Assembly: GCA_008080735.1 (NCBI GenBank)
Contig: SHMW01000051.1
Span: forward strand, 1 to 30,764
Direction of reading: 5' to 3'
Length of the DNA: 30,764 bases
Source of the DNA: Promethearchaeota archaeon
Lineage (GTDB): Archaea; Asgardarchaeota; Lokiarchaeia; Sigyniarchaeales; SOKP01
The notes under the pieces were generated by a model that worked only from the letters and a program-made list of their open reading frames with translations, did no database searches and had not been told where the DNA came from. Below are positions 8,575 to 17,724 of the stretch, piece after piece (position 1 is the first letter of the stretch; each line of letters begins with the position of its first letter). Position numbers and translations under genes: made by a program.

Positions 8575-10410
8575 ATGAGTGATTTGGATATTCAACGCAG
8601 GAGTCTTCCGAATGAACCAGGTATTTATCAGTTTAAAAATAAAAAGGGAAAAATCATCTACATTGGAAAAGCGAAAGATCTGAGAAAACGAGTTTCCTCT
8701 TATTTTACTAATAAACATTTTAATGATCCATATTATGAAGAAAAAATTATTGATCTGGTAAATCGAATCAATTCAATTGAATATATAGTAACGGAAAATG
8801 AAAAAGAAGCGCTTATCCTCGAAAATATTATGATAAAGAAGTATCGCCCTCGTTTTAATGTCTTTATGAGGGATTCTAAAAGTTATCCGTGGGTGATGAT
8901 TACTTATTCAGAGGAATATCCGAGAATTAGACTTATGCGAAATCCACGCCACTATGATTCAGACAACCTTTTTCTCGGGCCTTATACTGATAAACAAGAG
9001 ATTCAACGGATATTGAGAGATTTACGGAAGATTTTTCCTTATTGTTCGTGTAAAAAGAAGATTAGAAAAAAGGATCGCCCATGTTTATATCATCAACTAA
9101 AACTATGTCCAGGTCCTTGCATTGGAAAAATAGATGAAAAAGCTTATTTGGAAAATATAAAAAAAATTGATATGTTTCTTAAAGGTGAGACAGGCGAATT
9201 AAAAACAGAAATTGAGGAAAAAATGAAAAAAGCAGCTGAAAACAAAAACTATGAGGCAGCTGCCTATTGGCGTGATAAATTACAAGCAATTGAGAATACC
9301 ACTACGAAGCAACATGTTCTTCTCAATGATGAATTGGATAAGGATATCATTGGATATTTTAACAGAGATAACTATGCCGCGGTGGTTATTCTTCATGTAA
9401 GGGATGGTAAGTTTACTAATAAAAGCCCATTTACTTTAAATTTGGAAGAAAAACTGGTGAAAAAACAAGATATCTTAACCTCTCTCCTTGAACAATATTA
9501 TCAAGATACTCTACAAAATCTCCCCGATCTTATAATTCTCTCGGAATTGTATTCCAGTTTGGAATTGTTAAGAGATTATTTAAGAGATTCTAAAAAACAT
9601 CTACGCATTAGAACCCCGCAAGAGAGCGAAGAGTATGCCTTATTACGTATTGCTCAAAAAAACGCTAAAGTAATGGTGAATCAACAAATAGAAATGGAGG
9701 ATTTAAAAGTAAAAGAGGGTGAGGAGAGACAACAAATATTAGAAGAAATAAAAGAATTACTGGACTTATCTGAAATCCCCCGGATAATCGAGGGTTTTGA
9801 TATTTCAAATATAGAAGGGAAGGACGCGACAGGCTCAATGGTCTATTTTCTGGAAGGAAAACCATATAATAAGAAGTACCGCCATTATAATATTCGTTCA
9901 AAATCGACTCCAGATGACGTTGGAATGATGAAAGAAGTTGTTTATCGGAGATATTCAAAAATCTTAGAAAGAGATGGAACCTTACCCGATCTAATTCTAA
10001 TAGATGGTGGTAAAGGTCAATTGAATGCTGCAAAAAGCATTCTTGGGGATTTAGGTCTTGAAATCCCTGTCATTAGTTTAGCAAAGCGTCTGGAAGAAAT
10101 CTTTACCACGGAGAATCAAGAATCAATAATCCTCCCTGAAGATTCTCCCATATTGAAATTATTCCAACATATACGCGATGAGGCACATAGATTTGCTGTA
10201 CGGCTTCATAAGACGCGGAGAAAGAAGAGATATTCTGGATCGGTCTTAGAAGAAGTAAAAGGAATAGGTCCCGCAACCCGCAATAAGTTATTAAAACGAT
10301 TCGGGAGTATTGAGGGAATAGAAAAAGCATCCGATGAAGAATTGCTTGAGATCGTAAAAACAGACCTTATTACAAAGATAAGAAAAAAATTAGACTTGAG
10401 ACGAAATTAA
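8575..10410 (+). CDS. uvrC: Excinuclease ABC subunit C
   Basis: GIY-YIG domain (GIYQF..IYIGKA), Cys-rich CSC..CLYHQLKLCPGPC, UVR coiled coil (YEAAAYWRD), RNase H-like GFDISN/DGGKGQ/RDEAHRFA, and HhH GIGP. ATG 8575 preferred over the track TTG at 8518. Confidence 0.95.
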   Translation: MSDLDIQRRSLPNEPGIYQFKNKKGKIIYIGKAKDLRKRVSSYFTNKHFNDPYYEEKIIDLVNRINSIEYIVTENEKEALILENIMIKKYRPRFNVFMRDSKSYPWVMITYSEEYPRIRLMRNPRHYDSDNLFLGPYTDKQEIQRILRDLRKIFPYCSCKKKIRKKDRPCLYHQLKLCPGPCIGKIDEKAYLENIKKIDMFLKGETGELKTEIEEKMKKAAENKNYEAAAYWRDKLQAIENTTTKQHVLLNDELDKDIIGYFNRDNYAAVVILHVRDGKFTNKSPFTLNLEEKLVKKQDILTSLLEQYYQDTLQNLPDLIILSELYSSLELLRDYLRDSKKHLRIRTPQESEEYALLRIAQKNAKVMVNQQIEMEDLKVKEGEERQQILEEIKELLDLSEIPRIIEGFDISNIEGKDATGSMVYFLEGKPYNKKYRHYNIRSKSTPDDVGMMKEVVYRRYSKILERDGTLPDLILIDGGKGQLNAAKSILGDLGLEIPVISLAKRLEEIFTTENQESIILPEDSPILKLFQHIRDEAHRFAVRLHKTRRKKRYSGSVLEEVKGIGPATRNKLLKRFGSIEGIEKASDEELLEIVKTDLITKIRKKLDLRRN

Positions 10411-10517
10411 TTCAATTTTAAATATCTCTTTCAAAGAAAACAACCGAAATTTGCTAAACATTAGGGAAACTAAAATGAACAAAAATGAAATGTAGTCTAA
10501 TAAAACCTACTTAAATA

Positions 10518-10694
10518 TTATTCTCCCCAATCTTCTTCCGCCATTTCGGCAACTTCAGCTGAAGCTTGTTCATTTTCGATTACCGTTATTTCTAAGTCTA
10601 CGCCACAATCGGGACAAGGTATAACTTCACCTACGATCGTTCCCTCGTCGAGTTCGAATTCAAAAAAACAAGCTGGGCATTCACATTTTACCAT
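10518..10694 (-). CDS. lysW: Amino-group carrier protein LysW (58 aa; absent from the ORF track)
   Basis: Translated by hand: MVKCECPACFFEFELDEGTIVGEVIPCPDCGVDLEITVIENEQASAEVAEMAEEDWGE*. It has two CxxC pairs, is acidic, and ends in the diagnostic EDWGE. SD-like GGATGAGTGA upstream. Confidence 0.93.
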   Translation of the reverse strand: MVKCECPACFFEFELDEGTIVGEVIPCPDCGVDLEITVIENEQASAEVAEMAEEDWGE

Positions 10695-10807
10695 TAGTAT
10701 TGATCACTCATCCTTTTAATTTCAATTCAGATAAATAAGCATATTAACTATAGAAAATAAAATTTATGTTCAATCTCCCCGTGCTCTCAAGAAAAAAATG
10801 AAATGTT

Positions 10808-11254
10808 TCATAATCGTTTACTCATCTCATACGTGATTCCATAATTTTCCTCCTCAACCTTATTACCCAGTTCATATCCAATTTTTTTATAAAAATCTAA
10901 CGCATTTATGCTTGAATTGAGATTAACCTTCTTATGTCCGCATGTTTGAGCTTTTTTTTCCACATGTTTCATTAGATCTTTTCCTACACCCTTTTTTTGG
11001 AATTTCGGTAAAACAAATACAGAACTTATATAGTTTTTTTCCAAACCTACAACACCAACTATTTTTTTCCCATCTAAGGCAATAAAAAAATCTATTTTTT
11101 TTGAAAGGTTTTTAATGTGTTCTGAAGAATATTCGTCTGATAAAAATTTGATAACTGATTTTGGGTAATATTTACGATTAGATTCAGATAATGTTTTACG
11201 AATAAGATTGGAGACATCTCTCGCATTTTCCGAACGAAAAGGACAGATTTTCAT
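10808..11254 (-). CDS. GNAT-family N-acetyltransferase
   Basis: Motif A VFVLPKFQKKGVGKDLM and motif B NALDFYKKIGY. Confidence 0.9.
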   Translation of the reverse strand: MKICPFRSENARDVSNLIRKTLSESNRKYYPKSVIKFLSDEYSSEHIKNLSKKIDFFIALDGKKIVGVVGLEKNYISSVFVLPKFQKKGVGKDLMKHVEKKAQTCGHKKVNLNSSINALDFYKKIGYELGNKVEEENYGITYEMSKRL

Positions 11255-11283
11255 ATTTTATAATTCTAACTCAATTATACATA

Positions 11284-12729
11284 TTACATTTTATCTAAAA
11301 GTATTTGGACTAATTGAGCGGCGGCTTGCCCATGTATTCTTGCAAGAGAATCTCTTTTAGCTTCAGCTATGATTCTTATCACTGGTTCTGTATTTGATGG
11401 ATGAATTAATACAAACCAATCGAGATCTTTTCCAAATCTTAAATCGTTCTCTATTTGATACACATCTTCTCCTTCAGATATCAATTCTTGCTTTATTTGT
11501 TTAATTAATGGCTCTATTTTTATGCCTTCGATATTAATTTTTTCTCGGTAATTATAATATACGGGTAATTCTGATACTAACTCTGATATCTTTTTGCCTG
11601 AATGTACGATTATTTCTACGATCTTTGCCGCCGCAAAAATCCCATCTCTGGCATTGTTGAAAGAGGGAAGCATAACCCCCCCACAAGAACCTTCTCCGCC
11701 AAAAACAAGGCTATCTTTTTTTTGCTTTTTCTCATCAAGTAAATTGCGCATTTTTTCTGCTAAATAGCATTCTCCAATTGGAGTTCTTATAACTTTAGCA
11801 TTATATTTTTTTGCAAGCGTATCAAACCGAAGTGAAGAAGCGACATTAGTAATAAATACTGGCTTCTCAATCTTTTTATAGTAATGTTTCAAATACCAAT
11901 CCGTGATTAGTGCTAATCCTACATCTTCGGCATAGCATTTAAAATCATCGCCAACGATCCCAAGTCTATCAGCATCACAGTCATGGGCAAACCCTACATC
12001 GGCTTTCTCCTCCCACACTTTCATTATTAAATCTTCCAAATTTTTTTCAACTGGCTCAATACCCCTTGGAAAGTCTCCATTCTCATCAAAATCATTATTT
12101 ATTACTTTCACATCACATCCTAGTCCTTTAAGAAGTTTTGGAGTGACTAGTTTGCCTGACCCCGCACCCATATCAACAATAATCTTAAGATGATTTTTCT
12201 TTTTCACCTGCTTATAGTCGAGATTGTTATAGATTGCGTTAATATAATCTTTAATAGGAGAAATTTTTATAACATTTTTTTTTTTCTGCTTTATATTTGT
12301 GGGAATTTCGATTTTTTTATTTTCAATCCGGGATAAAATTAAAGATATTTCATCTAATTCGGATTGGTTAAGAAAAGTTGTTTCCGAAACTAGTTTTAGG
12401 GCGTTCCATTCTGGAGGATTATGAGATCCGGAGATGATAATAGCCCCCCTAATATTCGCTCTATTTTTCTCGTATAAAATTGTAGGGGTGGGACAAATAT
12501 CGGCGTCTATTACCATACAATCAGTATTAATAAGACTTTCAATCACTATTTCTTTAATCCATTTTCCACTAGGTCGTGTATCACGGCCAACTATTACATC
12601 TCTTTTACGACTTTTATCTCGATTTAACCATAGACCATAGGCGGTTGCGATATTTTGCACTGTATCTGTATTTAGGGTATCTCCGGCAATCCCTCTAATT
12701 CCACTAAATGAAAAAATTAGATTTTTAAT
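11284..12729 (-). CDS. Alpha-D-phosphohexomutase family protein (PGM/PMM/GlmM/phosphopentomutase-like)
   Basis: GRDTR, SGSHNP (phospho-Ser), HDCDADR (metal), GGEGS (sugar loop) and SNTEP. The N-terminal FSFSGIRG motif lies upstream of the track GTG (12660), so the start is placed at ATT 12729. Confidence 0.88.
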   Translation of the reverse strand: MKNLIFSFSGIRGIAGDTLNTDTVQNIATAYGLWLNRDKSRKRDVIVGRDTRPSGKWIKEIVIESLINTDCMVIDADICPTPTILYEKNRANIRGAIIISGSHNPPEWNALKLVSETTFLNQSELDEISLILSRIENKKIEIPTNIKQKKKNVIKISPIKDYINAIYNNLDYKQVKKKNHLKIIVDMGAGSGKLVTPKLLKGLGCDVKVINNDFDENGDFPRGIEPVEKNLEDLIMKVWEEKADVGFAHDCDADRLGIVGDDFKCYAEDVGLALITDWYLKHYYKKIEKPVFITNVASSLRFDTLAKKYNAKVIRTPIGECYLAEKMRNLLDEKKQKKDSLVFGGEGSCGGVMLPSFNNARDGIFAAAKIVEIIVHSGKKISELVSELPVYYNYREKINIEGIKIEPLIKQIKQELISEGEDVYQIENDLRFGKDLDWFVLIHPSNTEPVIRIIAEAKRDSLARIHGQAAAQLVQILLDKM

Positions 12730-12813
12730 ATTATCCCACCTAAAGGATGATTATTATATGCCAAAATTGTGTCTAAATAATTATTATTCTAATAAAATAT
12801 TGATTAATTTGAT

Positions 12814-13839
12814 CTAATATGAATATGATCGAACCACGGGATTATTCTCTAATTTGTATTTCACTAATGCTAAGGCACCTCGTATTCCAATTTCATCTTT
12901 ATAATTACTCACCCGAAGTTTTGGAGGATGATTTATCGTAAATTTAATTGCATCGTTTTCAAACTGATCTTGTAAGTATGGAATGATCTGGTCTTTATCG
13001 TTCATCATCGCCCCACCAAAATATATGGCCCTACAGTCATAAAAATTATTTATTAAACCAATCCCGATTTTTGAATAAAAGATACTCTCTTCTACTATTT
13101 TTTGAGACAAATCGTCTCCCTTTCTTGCTGCTTCAAACACTTCTTTTGCGCTAATTTTTGATATATCATTCTCTACCAATTCCACAAGGACATCTCCATT
13201 CAACTTTTCTTGTTCCAAGAAATCCAAAGTTCGTTTCCTTATTGCTGTTCCGGAACTATACGCTTCCCAACACCCATAGGCACCACAATTGCATTGATAT
13301 TTACTTTCCGGAACAACCTTCGCGTGACCGATTTCTGCTGCATTTCCATCTTTACCAAGTAATAACATCCCATTACAAATAACTCCCCCTCCTATTCCCG
13401 TTGACATCGTGATGTATACAACATCATTTTTTTCCTCTGCCGTTGCTTCGAAATAGTGGATCCCTAATACTGCCGCATTGCAATCGTTAATAAGGTAAAA
13501 AGGAATATCTGGAAACTTTTCTTCGATTGGCGTTTTTAGAGGAATTTCTCGAAATCCTAAATTGGCATTATTAAAAACGGTGCCTTCTCTCATATCTATC
13601 GGACCTGCTGAAGCGAGACCAATTCCCAACATCTGGGTTTTTTTTAATCCATGTTCTTCTAATAATTCATCTAATAGGGAACATACTTGATTACTTATTG
13701 AGGTTTTTGCTTTCTTAATTGTTCTTTCCTTTTTGATAAAAATCTTATCCTCATTTAAATCAAGATTGCTGAGCGCTACTCTAACCCAGGTCCCTCCAAT
13801 ATCAGACCCTCCAATATATTTTTCCGCCACCAAAATCAT
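12814..13839 (-). CDS. ROK-family sugar kinase (glucokinase-like)
   Basis: DIGGT, AGPID, NDCNAA, STGIGGG, EIGH and the Zn motif CNCGAYGCWE. No N-terminal HTH, so a kinase rather than a repressor. Confidence 0.9.
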   Translation of the reverse strand: MILVAEKYIGGSDIGGTWVRVALSNLDLNEDKIFIKKERTIKKAKTSISNQVCSLLDELLEEHGLKKTQMLGIGLASAGPIDMREGTVFNNANLGFREIPLKTPIEEKFPDIPFYLINDCNAAVLGIHYFEATAEEKNDVVYITMSTGIGGGVICNGMLLLGKDGNAAEIGHAKVVPESKYQCNCGAYGCWEAYSSGTAIRKRTLDFLEQEKLNGDVLVELVENDISKISAKEVFEAARKGDDLSQKIVEESIFYSKIGIGLINNFYDCRAIYFGGAMMNDKDQIIPYLQDQFENDAIKFTINHPPKLRVSNYKDEIGIRGALALVKYKLENNPVVRSYSY

Positions 13840-13873
13840 CTCACAATTTATTGAGTATTAAAATTGTTGATGC

Positions 13874-14674
13874 TTAATAACAATATATTTTTGTTGAATT
13901 TGAAAGCGATTTTTCTATTTTTTGCTTGATTTTCACTAGATTCTGATGATCTAAGGAATAGATAAAATATTCAGCGGGAATACGAGCTATGGAATATAGT
14001 TGGACTATATCGGGCTTTATTTTATTAATGGCTTTTGATAGACTCTCTATATTTTGCTTGTTGTTATTAGACTTAAAATCCTCGATATAGGATTGGTAAA
14101 ATAAACATTGAATTCCTAAGCGATGATTTTTAGGCATTTCAGATTTTAGATGTGTCAGAGCATCAATAATCGTCTCAATTGGTGGCACATCGCGATGAGG
14201 ACGGTTAATTCTTAAAAAATCTTCTTGAGTGGCAATATCTAATTTTCCAAGTACTAATTCAAATTTTTTAACTACATCTCTAATTTCTTGCTTGTAAAGT
14301 GTGCTAGAATTCGTAAATAACGTTAATTTTGGGGGAACTTCTTTCCAATTAGTTCTTTTTCTAACAATTTTAGCAACTTCATAGAAATCCTCCAAATAAG
14401 AATTCAGAGTAGGTTCTCCGTTATATCCAAATGTGATAGAATCGAGTTTTTTAATATATTTAAATAATGTAGTAAGTTCCTTTTCGAAATGTTTAACGTT
14501 GGAAGGTTCAGTAATCCTACATTGTGGAGATACCAAATTGGTTGGATCAGTAGCTCCTATTTCGCAATATACACAATTATATGTACATATTTTAGATCTC
14601 GGTAGTATGTCAACCCCTAATGATAATCCTAATCGTCTAGATGTGAAGGGACCATAGGTAAATTCTCGCGCCAT
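13874..14674 (-). CDS. Radical SAM protein (COG0731-like Fe-S oxidoreductase)
   Basis: YGPFTSRRLGLSLG, CTYNCVYC (CxxxCxxC), GEPTL and TNSS. Confidence 0.85.
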   Translation of the reverse strand: MAREFTYGPFTSRRLGLSLGVDILPRSKICTYNCVYCEIGATDPTNLVSPQCRITEPSNVKHFEKELTTLFKYIKKLDSITFGYNGEPTLNSYLEDFYEVAKIVRKRTNWKEVPPKLTLFTNSSTLYKQEIRDVVKKFELVLGKLDIATQEDFLRINRPHRDVPPIETIIDALTHLKSEMPKNHRLGIQCLFYQSYIEDFKSNNNKQNIESLSKAINKIKPDIVQLYSIARIPAEYFIYSLDHQNLVKIKQKIEKSLSNSTKIYCY

Positions 14675-14676
14675 TA

Positions 14677-15462
14677 TTAAAAGTTTTTGATCTTTTTTTG
14701 AACGAAGTTTTTTATCGCCTTGTTTACATGATCAGGTTTTTCAAGCATTAGGGAATGCCCAGCGTCCTCAATTACTTTTAAGGTGGAATTTTCGATGGTA
14801 TCATCAAAAAATTTAGAATATTTAACAGGTGTCAGCTTATCAGCATTTCCCACTAAAACTAAGCAAGGCACATTTATGCTGTCAATTTTATCCATTACAT
14901 CGAAATTATCGCATATTTTAAAATCATCATGAACAACTTGAGGCTCAATTTTCGATACTTCTTCCACATACGCTCTTTTTATCTCTTCTTTTGTTTTTCT
15001 ATAAAATGCTCCCACTGGGACATTATTAAGGAATGTATTAAAATTATGTAAGGTGTTTTCGAGAATAACCGGAAGAACACGGAGTTTCGCGCCCGTTGAG
15101 CATAATATCAATCCAACCACCCTCTCTGGATGATCGAAATAAAATTGTTGAGCTACTGCCCCTCCTAGGGAATGTCCGCACAAGACCGCTTTCTTTATCT
15201 CCAATTCCTCTATAAGTTTCTGCACTACTTCTACATAGATATTTAAATCTAATTTTTCAAACTTATCTGATTTCCCATGAGATGGAAGATCGATAGCAAT
15301 TAAATCCATATCCATATCTAAGTTTTTAAGCTGAGGTTCCCATACAAAAGAGTACTCTCCAGAACCATGAATGAATATAATAGTGCCATCACTCTTTGAC
15401 TCATTAATCTCATAATATATCTTTTTTTTGGAATATTCAAAATACGGAATTTTATTCACCAA
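14677..15462 (-). CDS. Alpha/beta-fold hydrolase
   Basis: FIHGS, IDLPSHGKS, GHSLGG nucleophile elbow, G.ADKLTP (acid) and AGH (His). Confidence 0.9.
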   Translation of the reverse strand: MVNKIPYFEYSKKKIYYEINESKSDGTIIFIHGSGEYSFVWEPQLKNLDMDMDLIAIDLPSHGKSDKFEKLDLNIYVEVVQKLIEELEIKKAVLCGHSLGGAVAQQFYFDHPERVVGLILCSTGAKLRVLPVILENTLHNFNTFLNNVPVGAFYRKTKEEIKRAYVEEVSKIEPQVVHDDFKICDNFDVMDKIDSINVPCLVLVGNADKLTPVKYSKFFDDTIENSTLKVIEDAGHSLMLEKPDHVNKAIKNFVQKKIKNF

Positions 15463-15560
15463 CTCTAAATAAATCTATTAATTTAGTAATGGAAGGAACA
15501 GAATTTAGATTTTCTGAAAAAAGAATTTAACAAAAATAAGTAAAAAATAAGATTGAAAAA

Positions 15561-16373
15561 TTAACTAATTTCCATTCTATTGAACGAGTAAGCTCCTATG
15601 GATATTAATACCGCTCCAAACACCGCAAGTACCAATAAATCCAGCCAAAATGGGAAAAAAGACACACCTAAGAGTATAAATCTAAAAATATCAACTCCGT
15701 AAGAAATTGGATTTATCATCATAATCACTTGCATTGGAAGTGGAACTGTATTAAACGCAAATAAAGCACCAGATAACCAGAACATCGGCATTATAAGAAA
15801 AGTTTGAATGAGCCCGAATCCTTGGAAATCGCTTATCTGTGTGCTGACTGTCATCCCAATGCCCACCACCCCCAAGGAAAATAACAATCCTACTGGGATA
15901 GTGGCAATTATTCTCACTATCAGGAGGAGATCATATCCATAATATCCCAAAGCGGCACTAAGCACCGTAATAATCATGAATTGAACTAATGTTTGAAGGG
16001 CCACTCCTAATGTTTTTCCCAACATCAAGGTCCTACGGGTTACCGGAGCTACAAGAAGCTCGTTCATAAAACCAAAAAGTTTATCCCGAATGATTCCCAA
16101 TCCACCAAACACTCCGCTAAATAAGACTGCCATCGCTGCGATCCCCGAAGCAACAAATGCCGTGGAACTAATTAATTTTCCTTCAATGCTAATCGGTATC
16201 TGGGAAAAACCCGCTCCAAAGACAAAAAGAAAAAGCAATGATTGGGCGATTGAGGTGATGATTCTGGATTTGTTTCTTACATATGCTAATAATTCTCTTT
16301 TCGCTAAATACCAAATAGACTCCCATCGTAAGCTTCCCTCTATTTTTACATAGTCCGAATTTTTTCTGCTCAT
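15561..16373 (-). CDS. ABC-2 type exporter permease (DrrB-like)
   Basis: Six hydrophobic segments, RD..FGFMNELLVAP, PMFWLSG and NPISYGVD. ATGA overlap with the ATPase gene. Confidence 0.9.
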   Translation of the reverse strand: MSRKNSDYVKIEGSLRWESIWYLAKRELLAYVRNKSRIITSIAQSLLFLFVFGAGFSQIPISIEGKLISSTAFVASGIAAMAVLFSGVFGGLGIIRDKLFGFMNELLVAPVTRRTLMLGKTLGVALQTLVQFMIITVLSAALGYYGYDLLLIVRIIATIPVGLLFSLGVVGIGMTVSTQISDFQGFGLIQTFLIMPMFWLSGALFAFNTVPLPMQVIMMINPISYGVDIFRFILLGVSFFPFWLDLLVLAVFGAVLISIGAYSFNRMEIS

Positions 16374-17707
16374 TTTTGTCTCAACTGCCTCATTTTTATA
16401 TGATTTTTAATTCCTTCTTTTAAATCAGATTTTTCTTCACGAATCTGAGACCCAGTAAAAAACAAGAACACATCCTCAAGCGTGGGATTATGCATATGGA
16501 TCGTTTTTATTTTAATAGAGTCTAACTCATTAATTGTTCGAATAATATCAGAAATCGATTTCCCGCCATCTTCGCAAGAGATGGTAAGGCTTGGTTCTTT
16601 CAGCTGCTGTTCTTTTTTATACTCTCCGGAGAGCACCTTCTTTATGGTAGATTTTATATTGGAAGGCAATTCCTCCAGTAAATCTGAGTCTTTAAATAAG
16701 TTTGCAACACGTTCCTTTGCCTCATATGGAGCTTTCTTGAAAAATTGATTTATCATCGGAAATTTCTGGGTTGCTTTTAGAAATTTTTCGGGTTCAGACA
16801 TGATTTCATTCATTTTTTTGCGTATCATTTCTGGATTTATATTCTTCATACCTGGAGGTTTTTGAAACATCTCGCCTGATTCTTGGTTCTTCTCGTGTTT
16901 TGTTCCCAGAGTAATGTCTTTTATTCCGGGAAGTTGCTTTAATTCCGCGATTATTTTTGGAATCATAGAAAAATCTTCAAGTTCCTCCAATACAATTTCG
17001 ATAATATCACCAGATAATTGCCGCTTCAAATTCTGAGGCGTATCCAAGGCAATGATTTTGCCATGGTCCATGATACAAATTCTATCTGCGAGTTCGTCTG
17101 CCTCTTCCATATAATGAGTGGTGATTAAAATAGTCATATTAAGCTCTCCTGAATTTAGCTCTTTAATTCGTTCCCAGATTTTTCTGCGTGTTTGCGGATC
17201 CAATCCGAGGGTTGGTTCATCTAGAAATAAAACCTTTGGAGTATGTATCAGTCCTCTCGCTATTTCCAATCGCCGCTTCATTCCACCGGAATAATTCTTT
17301 ACAAACATATCCGCTTTATCATCTAAACTTACCAATTTAAGCACTTCTCTGATTTTTTGACGTCTTTCTGATTTGCCCATTCCATACAAAACCGCATGTA
17401 ATTCAAGATTTTCCCAACCCGTCATATCGCCATCTAGAGAAGGCTCTTGAAACACAACGCCGATACTCTTCCGTATTAAATCTGGTTCATCCTCTATTTT
17501 GTGTCCGTTTACTATGCCTATACCTTCGGTTGGTCTGAGGAGTGTGGAAAGCATCGAGATGGTAGTGGTTTTTCCGGCTCCGTTGGGTCCTAAAAGCGCG
17601 AATATTTCACCTTCTCTTATATTAAAACTGATATTATCCACCGCCAACACGTCGCCATCTTCATAAATCTTAGTTAAATTTTTTACTTCTATTACATTTT
17701 CAGTCAA
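16370..17707 (-). CDS. ABC exporter ATP-binding protein (DrrA-like) with a large C-terminal-domain insertion
   Basis: Walker A GPNGAGKTT, signature YSGGM, Walker B LFLDEPT, H-loop TTHYMEEA and terminal PTLEDVFL. TTG start after GAGGT. Confidence 0.92.
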   Translation of the reverse strand: MTENVIEVKNLTKIYEDGDVLAVDNISFNIREGEIFALLGPNGAGKTTTISMLSTLLRPTEGIGIVNGHKIEDEPDLIRKSIGVVFQEPSLDGDMTGWENLELHAVLYGMGKSERRQKIREVLKLVSLDDKADMFVKNYSGGMKRRLEIARGLIHTPKVLFLDEPTLGLDPQTRRKIWERIKELNSGELNMTILITTHYMEEADELADRICIMDHGKIIALDTPQNLKRQLSGDIIEIVLEELEDFSMIPKIIAELKQLPGIKDITLGTKHEKNQESGEMFQKPPGMKNINPEMIRKKMNEIMSEPEKFLKATQKFPMINQFFKKAPYEAKERVANLFKDSDLLEELPSNIKSTIKKVLSGEYKKEQQLKEPSLTISCEDGGKSISDIIRTINELDSIKIKTIHMHNPTLEDVFLFFTGSQIREEKSDLKEGIKNHIKMRQLRQK

Positions 17708-17724
17708 ATTTACTTTACCTCTAA

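Noticed and set aside
16593-16906. Intein in the ABC ATPase
   Set aside because: No N-terminal C/S block or terminal HN motif, and it is not inserted in a conserved catalytic motif.
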